From positions 31,744,001-31,808,000 of the forward strand of contig NC_043000.1 of NCBI RefSeq assembly GCF_006345805.1: a stretch of 64,000 bases of DNA, in the 5' to 3' direction. This document shows, in pieces, positions 52,377 to 64,000 of the stretch. This DNA comes from Octopus sinensis. Lineage: Eukaryota. Under the pieces are notes generated by a model, which did no database searches, had not been told where the DNA came from, and saw nothing but the letters and a program-made list of their open reading frames with translations. The position numbers were made by a program, and so were the translations under genes. Numbering within the stretch: the stretch's first letter is position 1; every line of letters starts with the position of its first letter.

Positions 52377-53800
52377 TGAGAAAGTTGGTGTGTGAAAGCA
52401 CGTGGTTGAATATTTTGGAGTGAGTTTCGCTGTATAGAAATGTTGGAATGGTTAAGTTTGGGCTTGTATTTTTCAATGAAGACTGTCTCCTTGTTTAGTC
52501 TAATTTGAGATGGTGTTCCGATAGCACATTGGTAAAATGGAAAGATTAAAAATTGTGGTAGTAGTTGCTTTGCGCATTTCTCAATGTGCTCACTAAAGGG
52601 TATCATTCTGTATTCTGGGAATGCAATCTGTTGTCGATGCAGTGTGCATCTACGTCTGAATGATAGTCCCGTGGACCCCACGTAGTTTTGGTGGCAGCCC
52701 GAGCATTTTATGACATAAATTATGTTTTCAGAGGCACAAGTAAAATTAGATTTGATCTTAAATTTCTGTCCCTCTTTGAAGAGGAATTCTGATCCTTCTA
52801 GCAGGTTTGGACGTGTTGCACAGTTCGGTCTATCACATTTTTTTACTTTTGCATCCGTAATTTCAGAAAACAATTTTGCCTTTATGAGAATCTTTTTAAG
52901 TGATTTAGGTTGTTTGTAGCTTTTAATGATTTGGTGTATGTTTAGAATTTCCTTTAATTTGGGGTCCTTATGAAGTATTGGTAAATTCTGGGTGATGATG
53001 GTGAAGACTTCTTTGTTTCTGGGGTTGTATGTGGATATGTAAGGTAGTATTTTCGGGGAAGGTGTGTTGTTGTGTTGAACTTTTCTCAAAGTTTCTATGT
53101 TGATTTCTGTTGCACGTCTGATCCCATCCTCTATGAGTTGAGCTGGGTAATGTCTGTCAATTAGGGTGTTTTTGAGTTCTTGCAGTCTAAAATTTCTGGT
53201 ATTTTGTTCTGACATATCCTTCTTGCAAGGTCGAAGGGGATGTTTGTTTTAGTGTGTCTTGGGTGGCATGAATCAAAAAGTAGGTATTGTTTGGCGTCTG
53301 TGGCTTTGTAAAAAATGTCTGTTTCTATTTTAAGGTTAATTTATTTAATTAGTATATCCAAGAATGGGAGCTCCTTTTTGTTGTATTCCGTTGTGAACTG
53401 TATATTTGGGTTTATGCTGTTCAATAGGTTTTTAAATTTTAGGAGTTTATCTGTGTTTTCATTCCAGAGTATAAAACAATCGTCCAGGAATCGTTTCCAA
53501 TTCTCTTTTATGTATTGAGAGAGGGGGTTTCCAAAGATTGATAAGATTCCTGGTAAATGATTATTTCCAGGTAGCCCATTGTTAGGTTCGCAATGACTGT
53601 GCTGCCTTTGTACCCATAGCAATTCCGGATTTTTGACGGTAAAATGTATTGTCAAACATGAAGTGGTTATTATGTAGGATGAATTCAATTGATTTAGTAA
53701 TGAATTCTTTACTGATCCTTTTTGGTATTTCCTCCGGAAATTGGTCCAGCCAGAACTGTATTGCCTCTAGTCCATAATTATGAGGTATACTGGTATCACC
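52155..53800 (-). mobile_element. Penelope-like element, 5'-truncated in RT, with 3' pLTR
   Basis: TSIPHNYGL, YRQKSGIAMGT, RFLDDCF, LPFLDI; 317-aa open frame 52262-53215 with IYVIKCSGCHQNYVGSTG (GIY-YIG); pLTR 52155-52345. Confidence 0.92.
52246..52281 (-). ncRNA. Minimal hammerhead-like motif with A6U core variant; cleavage triplet lost in this copy
   Basis: CUUU-CUGUAGA-A-GAGC GUAG GCUC-GAAAC-AAAAG; the sister copy at 44629-44663 retains GUA. Confidence 0.6.
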
Positions 53801-54085
53801 AAAACTACGTGGGGTCCACGGGACTATCACTCAGACGTAGATGCACACTGCATCGACAACAGATTGCATTCCCAGAATACAGAATGATACCCTTTAGTGA
53901 GCACATTGAGAAATGCGCAAAGCAACTACTACCACAATTTTTAATCTTTCCATTTTACCAATATGCTATCGGAACACCATCACAAATTAGACTAAACAAG
54001 GAAACATTCTTCATTGAAAAATACAAGCCCAAACTTAACCATTCCAACATTTTTATACAGAGAAACTCACTCCAAAAAAAGGCAA
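53797..54085 (+). mobile_element. Inverted duplicate of the GIY-YIG C-terminal region at the 5' truncation point of the PLE
   Basis: Reverse complement of ~52415-52692, near-identical. Confidence 0.92.
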
Positions 54086-54794
54086 GAAATATTAAGCGAT
54101 TATCTCCCTTACACCGGAAGAAATCACTTATTACCTCCCCTTATTTGGTACTCTTCTTCACACTTCTCAACGTAAACATAACGATGTAAGAAATTTGAAA
54201 AGCTAAACGCGAAACCAGTCATTTCTTCAAAAACTATGTCATTGTATGAAAAAAATTTATAACATTCTTCAGACATAATGACTCAAATATATATTTTTAA
54301 CCTTTTAAAACAAGCCTTCTGTAGTTTTTTCACTTTTTACTATTTTCTATATATATATATATATATATATAATAGATAGAACAGAAAAGGTTAACACATA
54401 CATATGCGGGTTTAATTAGGAAAAAAATAATAATTGTCCAATCTGAAACGTTGATATTGATATATTACATTTCATTATTTTTATCTACATTATGTTTATA
54501 TATCTGTATATCTAAATGTCCATGTATATTTTTAGTATTCATATACCTTTATACTTCTATATTTTTATATTTCTAATATATCAGTATGTGCTTCAGAGTG
54601 GATGATGCTTATTTTATCCTAATGAAACCCATATATGCATGTGTTAATCGTAGTCTGCCTGATTGAAACTTTTCTATTCTATCTATCTTACTTGTCTAGC
54701 GCCTCGGGTACGACTTGAGCACTACGACGCTGTGTTTTTCGAAAGAAAATTATAATTATATACATATCATATATATATATGTGTGTGTATTCTT

Positions 54795-55200
54795 TTATTA
54801 TTTTATTTGTTTCAGTCATTTGACCGCAACCATGCTGGAGTACCTCCTTTAGTCGAACAAATCAACTCCAGGACTTATTCTTTGTAAGCCTAGTACTTAT
54901 TCTATCGGTCACTTTTGCCGTACCGTTAAGTTACGGGGTCGTAAATGCACCAACATCGGTTGTCAAGGCGACGGTGGGGGACAAACACAGACACACAAAC
55001 ACACACACATGCGCACAAACACAAACACAAACACATACATATACGACGAGCTTCTTTTAGTTTCCATCTACCAAATGCACTCACAAAGTTTTGGTCGGCC
55101 CGAGGCTATAGTAGAAACACTTTCCCAAGGTGCCACGCAGTGGGACTGAACCCGGAAGCATATGATTGGTAAGTAAGATACTTATCACCCAGCCACTCCT
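54795..55200 (-). mobile_element. SINE family A, full length
   Basis: Homology to other copies. Confidence 0.88.
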
Positions 55201-55349
55201 ATTTGAAACATATATCACTCTGTACCAAGAACCTCTTACCAAGAACCATTAAATTGATCAATTAAATGGAGCCGCTTGAAACGGCCGTACTGTTTGGACA
55301 CCTGTACATCTTTGTTACTTATTTACATTCTATATATATATACATGTAT

Positions 55350-55565
55350 ATATTTGTGTGTCTGTGTTTGTCCTCCCCATCACCATCACATGACAAACCA
55401 AAGTTGGTGTCTTTACGTCCCCGTAACCTAGCGGTTCGGCAAATAGACTAATAGAATAAATACTAGGCTGACAGAGAATAAGTTCTGGGGTTCATTTGTT
55501 CGACTAAAGTCGGTGCTCCAGCATGGCCGCGGTCAAATGACTGAAACAAGTAAAAGAATAAAAGA
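55350..55565 (+). mobile_element. SINE family A 3' half
   Basis: tgtttgtcctcccc...aaatgactgaaacaagtaaaagaataaaagaa. Confidence 0.85.
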
Positions 55566-56311
55566 ACATGTATATACATACACCTATGTGTACTTGCATA
55601 TGTGTGTGTGTGTGTGTGTGTATTTCTATCTATCTATATAAAAGTGTATGCGTGTGTATGACTTAATTGTTTAGCAGCGCGTGTGGTTGAGGAACTGGTG
55701 GGTGGTGGTGGTGGTGGTGGTGGTGGTGGTGGTGGTGATAAGGATTGTGATGATGATCGGGATAATGATGATAATGACGGCGATGATAACCACCACCACC
55801 ACCACCACCACCACAAAAAGAAGTAATGCATTAATGATAAGATGTCTTTGATAACACGAAGGTTGTATTCATGCTAGTGATGACGATGATGCTAATGGCA
55901 ACGATGATTCTGCGAACTGCGATGAAGAAAAAACTTGAATGGTTGTTAAGAAAAAAAATTCAATAATTGTTTCCTAAAAAATAAATGAATGTTTCGAGGA
56001 GTGTCCGAAGAGAAGGAGGAAACAAGAAGGAAGAGAGGGTGCCATAACAAGCAAAACAAAAATATATAAACAAAACAAGCAAACAAACAAACAAATAATG
56101 AATTTATCTCCATTAGCAGACATTGACAGCAAGAGTCAACTGTCAGATGAGTGAAGACTTTTATTATTCTCATAGGGTGTAGAAGATAGTTAAATATTTT
56201 TATAAAGAAAACGATTTCAGAAACGTGCATGATAAATTTGATTATTAATATACAATATACATATATGAATATATATATGTGTATACATACAATACATACA
56301 TACATACATAC

Positions 56312-56362
<51 letters not shown>

Positions 56363-56378
56363 ATATAGATAATACATA

Positions 56379-56438
<60 letters not shown>

Positions 56439-56531
56439 TATACACACATATATATATACACAGATATACCACACACACCATACACACACACAATATATAT
56501 ATATAATATAATATATATATATATATGTATA

Positions 56532-56582
<51 letters not shown>

Positions 56583-56775
56583 TATATATGGTGGTGTGTG
56601 TGTGTGTGTTGTGTGTGTGTGTGTGTGTGTGCATATATGGGTACAGGACGTCACTAACTGTGTAAACAGCATGAAATACAAAAAATAGGATAAGTAAACA
56701 AAGAGAAAGGACCTTTCATCAGTTGTCGACTGTCTAATCAATTTCGAACATGCATCCATTTCCAAGTATATATAT

Positions 56776-56810
<35 letters not shown>

Positions 56811-57067
56811 TCTGTGTGTGTGTATGTATGTATGAAGGCGTGTATGTCTGTATAAATATATATTTGTGTGTATTTGTTTCTATGCATAGTCCTCATGAAA
56901 ACAAACATTGAGAGACCATTCAATACATTGACATTTATTATATTTCAACAAAGAAATGTTTGAGAGTAACTTTTATGTTTCGGCTCAGTTGCTTTCGTCA
57001 GACGGTTTGAGAAAGTTAACTGAAACAAAATAATATATATTTTATATACATATATACATACATATAT

Positions 57068-57510
57068 GGTGGCTGCCCCCTCGTTATCGAGTATGGCCAT
57101 TGCACGAAGCTTAATCAATGTTGTTATCGTGCAATGCCTGTGCAAGAAGATTTTTTTAAAGTGAGGAAAGGCAACAGCAGCCATAATCCGAAAAGAAGAA
57201 CAAGTCAACATCATCGGTAACCACTGAGCCGCAGGTTTTATGTCGGAATTATCCCAGTTACCTGAGTTACCTTCTCCTAGAAGGATGCCCTAACAAAGGC
57301 TAGGAGTCCTTCACTCCCAATGGTTTAACCGCGCGATCGGGTATTCAGTCCGATTATTCAGTCCCCGTGCATGATACAGCCTTAAGACATTTATTGGATG
57401 GCCGATGACTCTCAAGAGTTCCTGCGCCCTTTGACAGGTTTTGTTTTTCATCCCGCAGGGTGTTCAATAAACATCCTCCTCACCGAGCAAGTTTGGTGGG
57501 GTTGCCGGTT
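57068..57510 (-). mobile_element. Probable non-autonomous RTE-derived element (5'UTR-like + 3'-end-like)
   Basis: GC-richer block with RTE-5'-like ccttgttagggcatcc..ggagaaggtaactc; recognition only, no TSD found. Confidence 0.4.
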
Positions 57511-58074
57511 TAGTGCCAACATTTGAAAGCAGTATTGTATCGAATGAATGTCTTATAAAACTATTCCGCACATACAATAACAGTCATACCAACAACCCAA
57601 CACTCTTCCATCATCAGCCGCTCTCCCGAATGTCATTATGGTTTCGACACATGGGCCGTGCCATTCAATCCAGCAATGTCAACAGCACTAAAATAAATGT
57701 TGTTTGGGAATAAACATACCTTAGATAACACCACATTCTTTCAATCTTAATTCTAAGAAGTATTAAAACACTAACATTAATAATTAAACTACAACAAAGA
57801 AACCACATTTACTCTATGCACAAAAACAGTATCGGTAAATTAATAATTCTTTAAGTGAACCTATAACTAACTCCTAAATTATCTAAATAATAGCAGCCTA
57901 GACCTTGAAGTCCATAAACATAATATATATTTATATTCTATTCCTTCCAAAGCTTTTGATCAGCTCTCTTTATGTATGTGTCGAATAATATTAACTGGAG
58001 TCATGATATATACATGCATACATACATATATATATATATATATACATATCATTTGTTCTCTTCCAAACAGTACC

Positions 58075-58300
58075 TATTTCTTTATTACCCACAAGGGGCT
58101 AAACACAGAGAGGACAAACAAGGACATGCAAACGGATTAAGTCGATTATATCGACGCCAGTGCGTAAATGGTACTTATTTAATCGACCCCAAAAGGATGA
58201 AAGGCAAAGCCGACCTCGGCGTAATTTGAACTCAGAACGTAGCGGCAGACGAAATATCGCTAAGCATTTCGCCCGGCGTGCTAACGATTCTGCCAGCTCG
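58075..58300 (-). mobile_element. SINE family B, full length, 16-bp TSD TCTTCCAAACAGTACC
   Basis: TSD 58059-58074 / 58301-58316. Confidence 0.93.
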
Positions 58301-58684
58301 TCTTCCAAACAGTACCGGTTGAAGTGTGAGTGTGTCAAGCAATATGTGAAAACTCCACCTCCACCAGCAGGGGGAGATAAGCAATATTAGCCTATTGAGA
58401 TGCCACAAATGATCGTGAAGTTTTATCCATCACATTCGGAAAGGTTCAATAGGATGTGGCTGTTATTGAAATCTTGAGAATTATTGAATTGTTTTTATGA
58501 GCCTATATTTGCGGACGCCTTGAAAATTTGATAGCACGTGTTTTATAGATACAGTGAAGTCAGCCCATCTCGAAAGTCGATCGTTGCTTAAAAATCACAA
58601 AAATGTAATAAAAGCGAACGCTAGACAATAATGGACAATGCTGGATAATTTTCTCTCTACATTATTATGTATTTTTACCTTGAT

Positions 58685-58865
58685 TTATTTCAGTCGTTAG
58701 TCTGCGTCCATGCTAGAGCTCCACCTTGAACAAATCGACCCCTTTACTTAATTTTTATTACGTTTGATGCTTCTTCTATCGGTCTTTTTTGACAAGGTGT
58801 TAAGTCACAGGGATGTAAACACCACAACACTAGTTATTAAGCGGTGGCGGAATGCCAAACTCAAG
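58685..58865 (-). mobile_element. SINE family A 3' half, diverged
   Basis: Residual homology. Confidence 0.6.
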
Positions 58866-59093
58866 TACGCGCACATACATACATACATACATACATACAT
58901 ACATACATACATACATACATACACGCATTTATATATACATACATACATATATATATAATAGCTAAAGGTAAAATTAATCAATTGTTTTTTCCGGGAGTCC
59001 CTTTTTAATAGAGGAAATAGCTAAGGTTCTTTGGCTGCTATTTCTAAACTTTGGTATGTGTTAAAGCAAATCTTTGCTGAACCCTAATTATAA

Positions 59094-59177
<84 letters not shown>

Positions 59178-59325
59178 TATATGTTGTGTGTGTGTGTATG
59201 TATGTATATATATATATATATATAGTTAATCGAAACATGAAAACACAAAGAGAAAACACAACAACGCGAGGACGTGGAACAAGTATAGTGTTATTGGACG
59301 CTGCGGAAAGGAAAGAAAGAAGGAG

Positions 59326-59361
59326 GATTTAACGTTTCGAGTGGAGCTCTTCGTCAGAAAC
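59326..59361 (-). ncRNA. Minimal type I hammerhead (ACGU palindromic stem III) in a pLTR-like repeat (~59225-59420)
   Basis: GUUU-CUGACGA-A-GAG CUCCA CUC-GAA-ACGU-U-AAAU. Confidence 0.7.
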
Positions 59362-59584
59362 ATAGGAAAAGGAAAGATCCAGGGAAGGGAAGACGGAGGA
59401 AAAAAATAAGAAGAAAGGTAAAAAGAGGACGAGGAAAAGTGGAAGAGTCACGGACAATTTTTTGATTTCGAATCACGATTACAGTGGCGTACTCCGGATG
59501 AATGGTAACAGTAATCCGGTGTAAAAATCCAGGAATTGGTTATCCAAGGCAGTCGGAAGGCCGGGGTCCGTGTGAACGTGTGGT

Positions 59585-59607
59585 ATATCTATATCTATTT
59601 ATCTATT

Positions 59608-59680
<73 letters not shown>

Positions 59681-59718
59681 TTATCTATCTATCTACTCTA
59701 TCTATCTATCTATCTATC

Positions 59719-59782
<64 letters not shown>

Positions 59783-59783
59783 C

Positions 59784-59819
<36 letters not shown>

Positions 59820-59830
59820 CGTGTGTGTGT
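59585..59830. repeat. (CTAT)n + (TG)n microsatellites
   Basis: Direct reading. Confidence 0.96.
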
Positions 59831-59960
59831 GTGTATACACACACGCACACACATAAACACACGAGAAATCACATAAATGCAAAATAGGTGGAAAAATAGT
59901 CCTCGAATACCGAAGGTAGAGTAATGTGGTTTTTTATTAAAGATGTAAAACATGTCAAAA

Positions 59961-60000
59961 ACTGCTGCTCAGAGTTTCACGTTCCCGTTCGTCAGGCAAT
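59961..60000 (-). ncRNA. 40-nt type I hammerhead with a single U16.1C defect, in a short repeat (~59870-60000; partial sister at ~39027-39120)
   Basis: AUUGC-CUGACGA-ACG GGAA CGU-GAA-ACU CUG AGC-A-GCAGU. Confidence 0.78.
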
Positions 60001-60024
60001 ATATGTATCTATATATACGCATAT

Positions 60025-60190
60025 GCAACGGGCTTCCACTCAGTTCCCGTGTACCATATTCACGCAAAAGGCTTTGATCAGTCTGGGGCTATAGTAGAAG
60101 ACACTTACCCAAGTTACCGTACAGTGGAGCTGAACCAGGAACCATGTGATTGCAAAGCAAGCTTCTTAACAATACATCTATGGCAGCGCC
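60025..60190 (-). mobile_element. SINE family A head, diverged
   Basis: Homology to the family A 5' half. Confidence 0.75.
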
Positions 60191-62049
60191 TACTTGTACA
60201 CCTGTCGCCTGTGTTTGTCACATGCAGCATTTCTTACAGATAAATCACAAACGTTATTCCAGAATCCCCCAAAGTTTTTATTTCTATTCCTAACTTATCT
60301 CTACTAAACAAGAATCGAACGCATTTCTTGAACAAAGACTCTCTGCTTACGTCTTCTCCTATGACCGTTTCACCCCACACCCAACATTGGAATTTCAAGA
60401 GAAACATTTCCAAGTTCGTCTGAGTCAGAATTACTTTTCTTCATTCTTCTAAGTTCGCTAAATTCCTCCAACTCTACCAACCAACTGTTCAACTTCCTCC
60501 TCCCCTTCTCGTAAATGGATCTCCGTCGATGTTGGCATTGAGCGGCTAGTTTCCGACCAACTGAATTACCTACTCATTAAATTACAGTGTAAGTGGTTGA
60601 GTATCCCACAGACACGCGTAAACTCTTAACGTACTTGAGTTTGACACATTTTGTGACAAAGATGAACCACATACACCTCGAGCTTCTACAAAGTTTCCTT
60701 TTACTCATTTCTGCTTAAAATGACTTGAGGCGATATGGTAAATGATATTTGGCCAAGATGCTACTAAGCGAAATCGAACCCAGGATCACGTAATTGCTAA
60801 ACGAACCTCTTAAACATTTGATTACCCTGTTATCTATGAAAACAGCACACCTCTGCCTGATGTTATCATCCGAGTTGGGTTTAATACAAACAATTCTTCA
60901 TAATTCTTGAACTCTTTTTTTCATGTAAGCACCTTTCTCTTCACAATACAGCTCGTCTCACACCATTCTACCCTAATAAAACCTTGTTCTCTGCCTGGAA
61001 TCTCTGCTACTTCAGATTAGATCATTAATCATACCTCTATTCACCACCAGTCGTTTCCAAACTCACCTGCTCTTGGTTACAAATGTGCTACCCTATGAAA
61101 AATCTAAGCAGGTGGCCAATACCGTCTTGTTAGGCATATCTCTCGACTTCCGTCACGCAACCCAAGGTTAAGTACCCAATGAATTACTGGCAAATGTATT
61201 CCAGCGGAACAGATATACTAAGAATACACCGTACATCATTCGCAAGAAATCACCCATCACTTGTAATTGGGACATCGTTATCCGGTACCAGTAACACTTA
61301 CATGTCGACCAATCAAGGAAACAAAAGTTTCTTTTTTATATATAGGACGTGAAAACTATTTAGTGAAATTGTAACTTACCCAAATTGTAAGCAAGCCTTC
61401 TGATTATTTGATAAAAGGTTCGCCATCAACATGAGTATCCTCATAGAACCGTGAATCAAGAGGGCCCTGTAAGTGCTACAACTATTGATAAGACTACTAC
61501 GTGTTATTGGTTATCTCACTTCCACATCCTACAAAACACACGCAAACTTACCTTTATCTACCAGTCTCCCCATCACGTCCACTCAGTCGCCAAAGGGGAA
61601 ACTTCTTCTGATGATTCCAATGTATAACATCCCGAGAAAGATGGTTAGTCTTAACGGTTTCCTTTCCTTCGCCTTCAAACACTGAGCTTCACACTTAAGC
61701 CCCATCCTCAGACCTCTCTCCCCTTCTTTCTCATTTTGTGGATCTATCCCAAACTGTGGAATCATGTAATGATGAACGCATCTTTAGAAAGAAAGTCTCC
61801 CTTAACTTTTCGCCGCCCATGTTACCTTTACTTCCGGTATCTGAAAGGAGATGAAAACAGTTGTAAACAATCACTTCCTCTATAACCATTGCCCCTGCCC
61901 CACTCTTTATCACTGCCATTAGTGCTTTTCCTCCTCCCCATCCTCCCTCCCCCCCCTCTCTCTCTCTCTCTCTTTCCCCTTTCTCAGTGACTATCATCAT
62001 GAACCTCTCTTTCTCCTCAGTAGTCACCGTCTCAGATTCATTGAGTCAA

Positions 62050-62620
62050 TCATCGAAACCAATAACTTTTTCTTCAAAACAGCATAGGTTTCACTTGTGC
62101 CTGGAAAGACACGTCCCTCACTAAACGGCCTAATATTATATTTATTTGATGTTCAACTTCGATGTGGAGCTTTTGGTCAAATTATTTCATTACAAAGTGC
62201 GAAGAAGCAGGAGTAGCCGACTCACACACATTCACATTTGACTTCCCTGTGCTTTGGCCTTCCATACAATAGTATGGCCTTCCATACAAGCGCGACTTCC
62301 TGGCTGTTACTTAAAACCACACCACATTCCTATATCGATTATTATACTGCTGTTCGTGTCTTTTTAAGCCTCCACACTCTGGTGTTATGCAGCATAACAT
62401 GCCAGAGATTGCGTCAGAGACATTTATCCTGAAAACAACGTCCTGTGAAAGCATAAACCTTTAACATCTCCTCCAACACTGTCATGTGACACTGACTATT
62501 GCACATCATTGGAATAGTCTTACAGTACAGTAATTTATCTTGTTGAACCCCAATGATAGAGAAGGGAACAACGGAAACAGGACCACGACGGGACTTCTCC
62601 TGGACCAATTAGAAGATACC
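62050..62620 (-). pseudogene. Decayed Tc1-like transposase fragment
   Basis: SRRGPVSV.., FQDK (FQQDN-like), H..TRVW, I.NVW-like pieces in the expected order; heavily frameshifted. Confidence 0.4.
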
Positions 62621-63114
62621 ACTGTCTGCATTTTATGCCACTCTTACAAGATGTCTATTTTACACACAAGTGGCATGACGCGGTAAAAAAAAGTGTCCCT
62701 TTTTATGTGAGGTCCAAGTTATAGGTTACAGGTAGGAAAGAGCTTGTATCGAGAGTACACAGATTCATGAGAAAATCTCACAAGAAATTTAGTTGAGAAA
62801 ATACGCCAAGGTAACCTTGAGGAGAGGAAAATTAATAAAAATAGCAATATCATTTTCGATAAAAAAATAGAGATAAGAGAATTAAACTAAAGATAGACTT
62901 AAAATTGCAGTAAATGTTAAAATTAAGTTAAAAAGTATGAATATTCTAGCTGCTTCAGTAATAAGTTACAACTATAAGTTAAGTGAATTAGTAAAACTGA
63001 ATGTATAAACAAGAAAAAAAATTACTATATTCAGAATACTTTATCGAAAAAAAACATTTTTTTTTTATTACGAAAACAAGGTAGAATGATGTTTACTAGT
63101 ATTAATGATGGTGG

Positions 63115-63147
<33 letters not shown>

Positions 63148-63293
63148 CAACAGCAATAATAACTATTATAAAATATCTTCTGTAAGACGACAAAAATATC
63201 CAGTGAGCAATAATGGTAAACTGATAGGAATAGTTCGGGAAAATGAATAAAACAAAACTATTTTATGTCTTGAAGGAAGCCAAAGAATACAAA

Positions 63294-63460
63294 GAAGAAG
63301 AAGAAGAAGAAGAAGAAGAAGAAGAAGAAGAAGAAGAAGAAGAAGAAGAAGAAGAAGAAGAAGAAGAAGAAGAAGAAGAAGAAGAAGAAGAAGAAGAAGA
63401 AGAAGAAGAAGAAGAAGAAGAAGAAGAAGAAGAAGAAGAAGAAGAAGAAGAAGAAGAAAA
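63294..63460. repeat. Long pure (GAA)n tract
   Basis: Direct reading. Confidence 0.98.
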
Positions 63461-63742
63461 CGGGAGATAAAACGATAAAAAGAAAACCTTGAAAACTAAA
63501 TGACTACATCAAAAAAACATAATGTGATGCGGCAACCTAAGTACAAAAAGCGCTCCACATGACCAATTCCACGTATCCAATTGCTAACTCGGTTCAGAAG
63601 AGAGTTCTTACTGAAGTTCTCGGAACTGAAACAGATTTTTTTCTTATAAATTTGGATGAAATTAAACTGTAAAAGGTTAGGAGCTTGGCTCCACAAGGAA
63701 CTTCCCGATATCCAAAGAAAAAAACAAGATTCTTTGTTCCTA

Positions 63743-63797
<55 letters not shown>

Positions 63798-64000
63798 CAT
63801 GTTGTCTATCAACATGTTGCATTCCCCGACCGTACAACGTTGTTATTATCCTTTTTCATTTTACCCTTTTTCCCACTTCATCCGTTATTATCATGTGACC
63901 CTATCTAACAACCATGGAGGCTGAGTTATTTAATCTCAAAATGTTATTCTATCTCTCAGTCTAGTTTTGCTGTTTAACAGACGGAGATACATTTTCGGCC

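Noticed and set aside
56715-56755. Type II hammerhead-like arrangement on the minus strand
   Set aside because: Stems I and II cannot form
59485-59530. CGGATGA..CCGGT hammerhead-like relic
   Set aside because: Core and GAAA are missing; too degraded to call
61606-61660. CTGATGA...GAAA spacing compatible with a hammerhead
   Set aside because: Stem II base and stem I do not pair

Overview
Eukaryotic, AT-rich, repeat-saturated DNA with no confidently intact host protein-coding gene. The two SINE families and the ATAC/AC/TA/AGAT/TAA microsatellite load look like an octopod cephalopod genome; this is recognition, not a database result. Most ORFs in the supplied track are microsatellite artefacts. 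Recognisable coding relics are decayed retroelements: several R4/Dong-like RLE non-LTR families (TAA-associated and ACAT-tailed), a HERO-like 3' end, a Ty3/Gypsy pol, Penelope-like (RT + GIY-YIG) elements, a Tx1/L1 APE piece, and RTE and CR1-like pieces. There are also Helitron termini, a Kolobok-type MITE and weak Tc1/pogo relics. The most notable unannotated signal is a set of self-cleaving ribozyme folds: at least five unrelated type I hammerhead families (one with a fully canonical fold, one with a family-level A6U core variant) and one HDV-like candidate. Other notable items are a complete 347-bp bipartite RTE-derived element with TSD, several template-switch and fold-back rearrangements, a strand-asymmetric C-depleted block and unexplained decayed ORFs. 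A 100-N assembly gap lies at 45033-45132.
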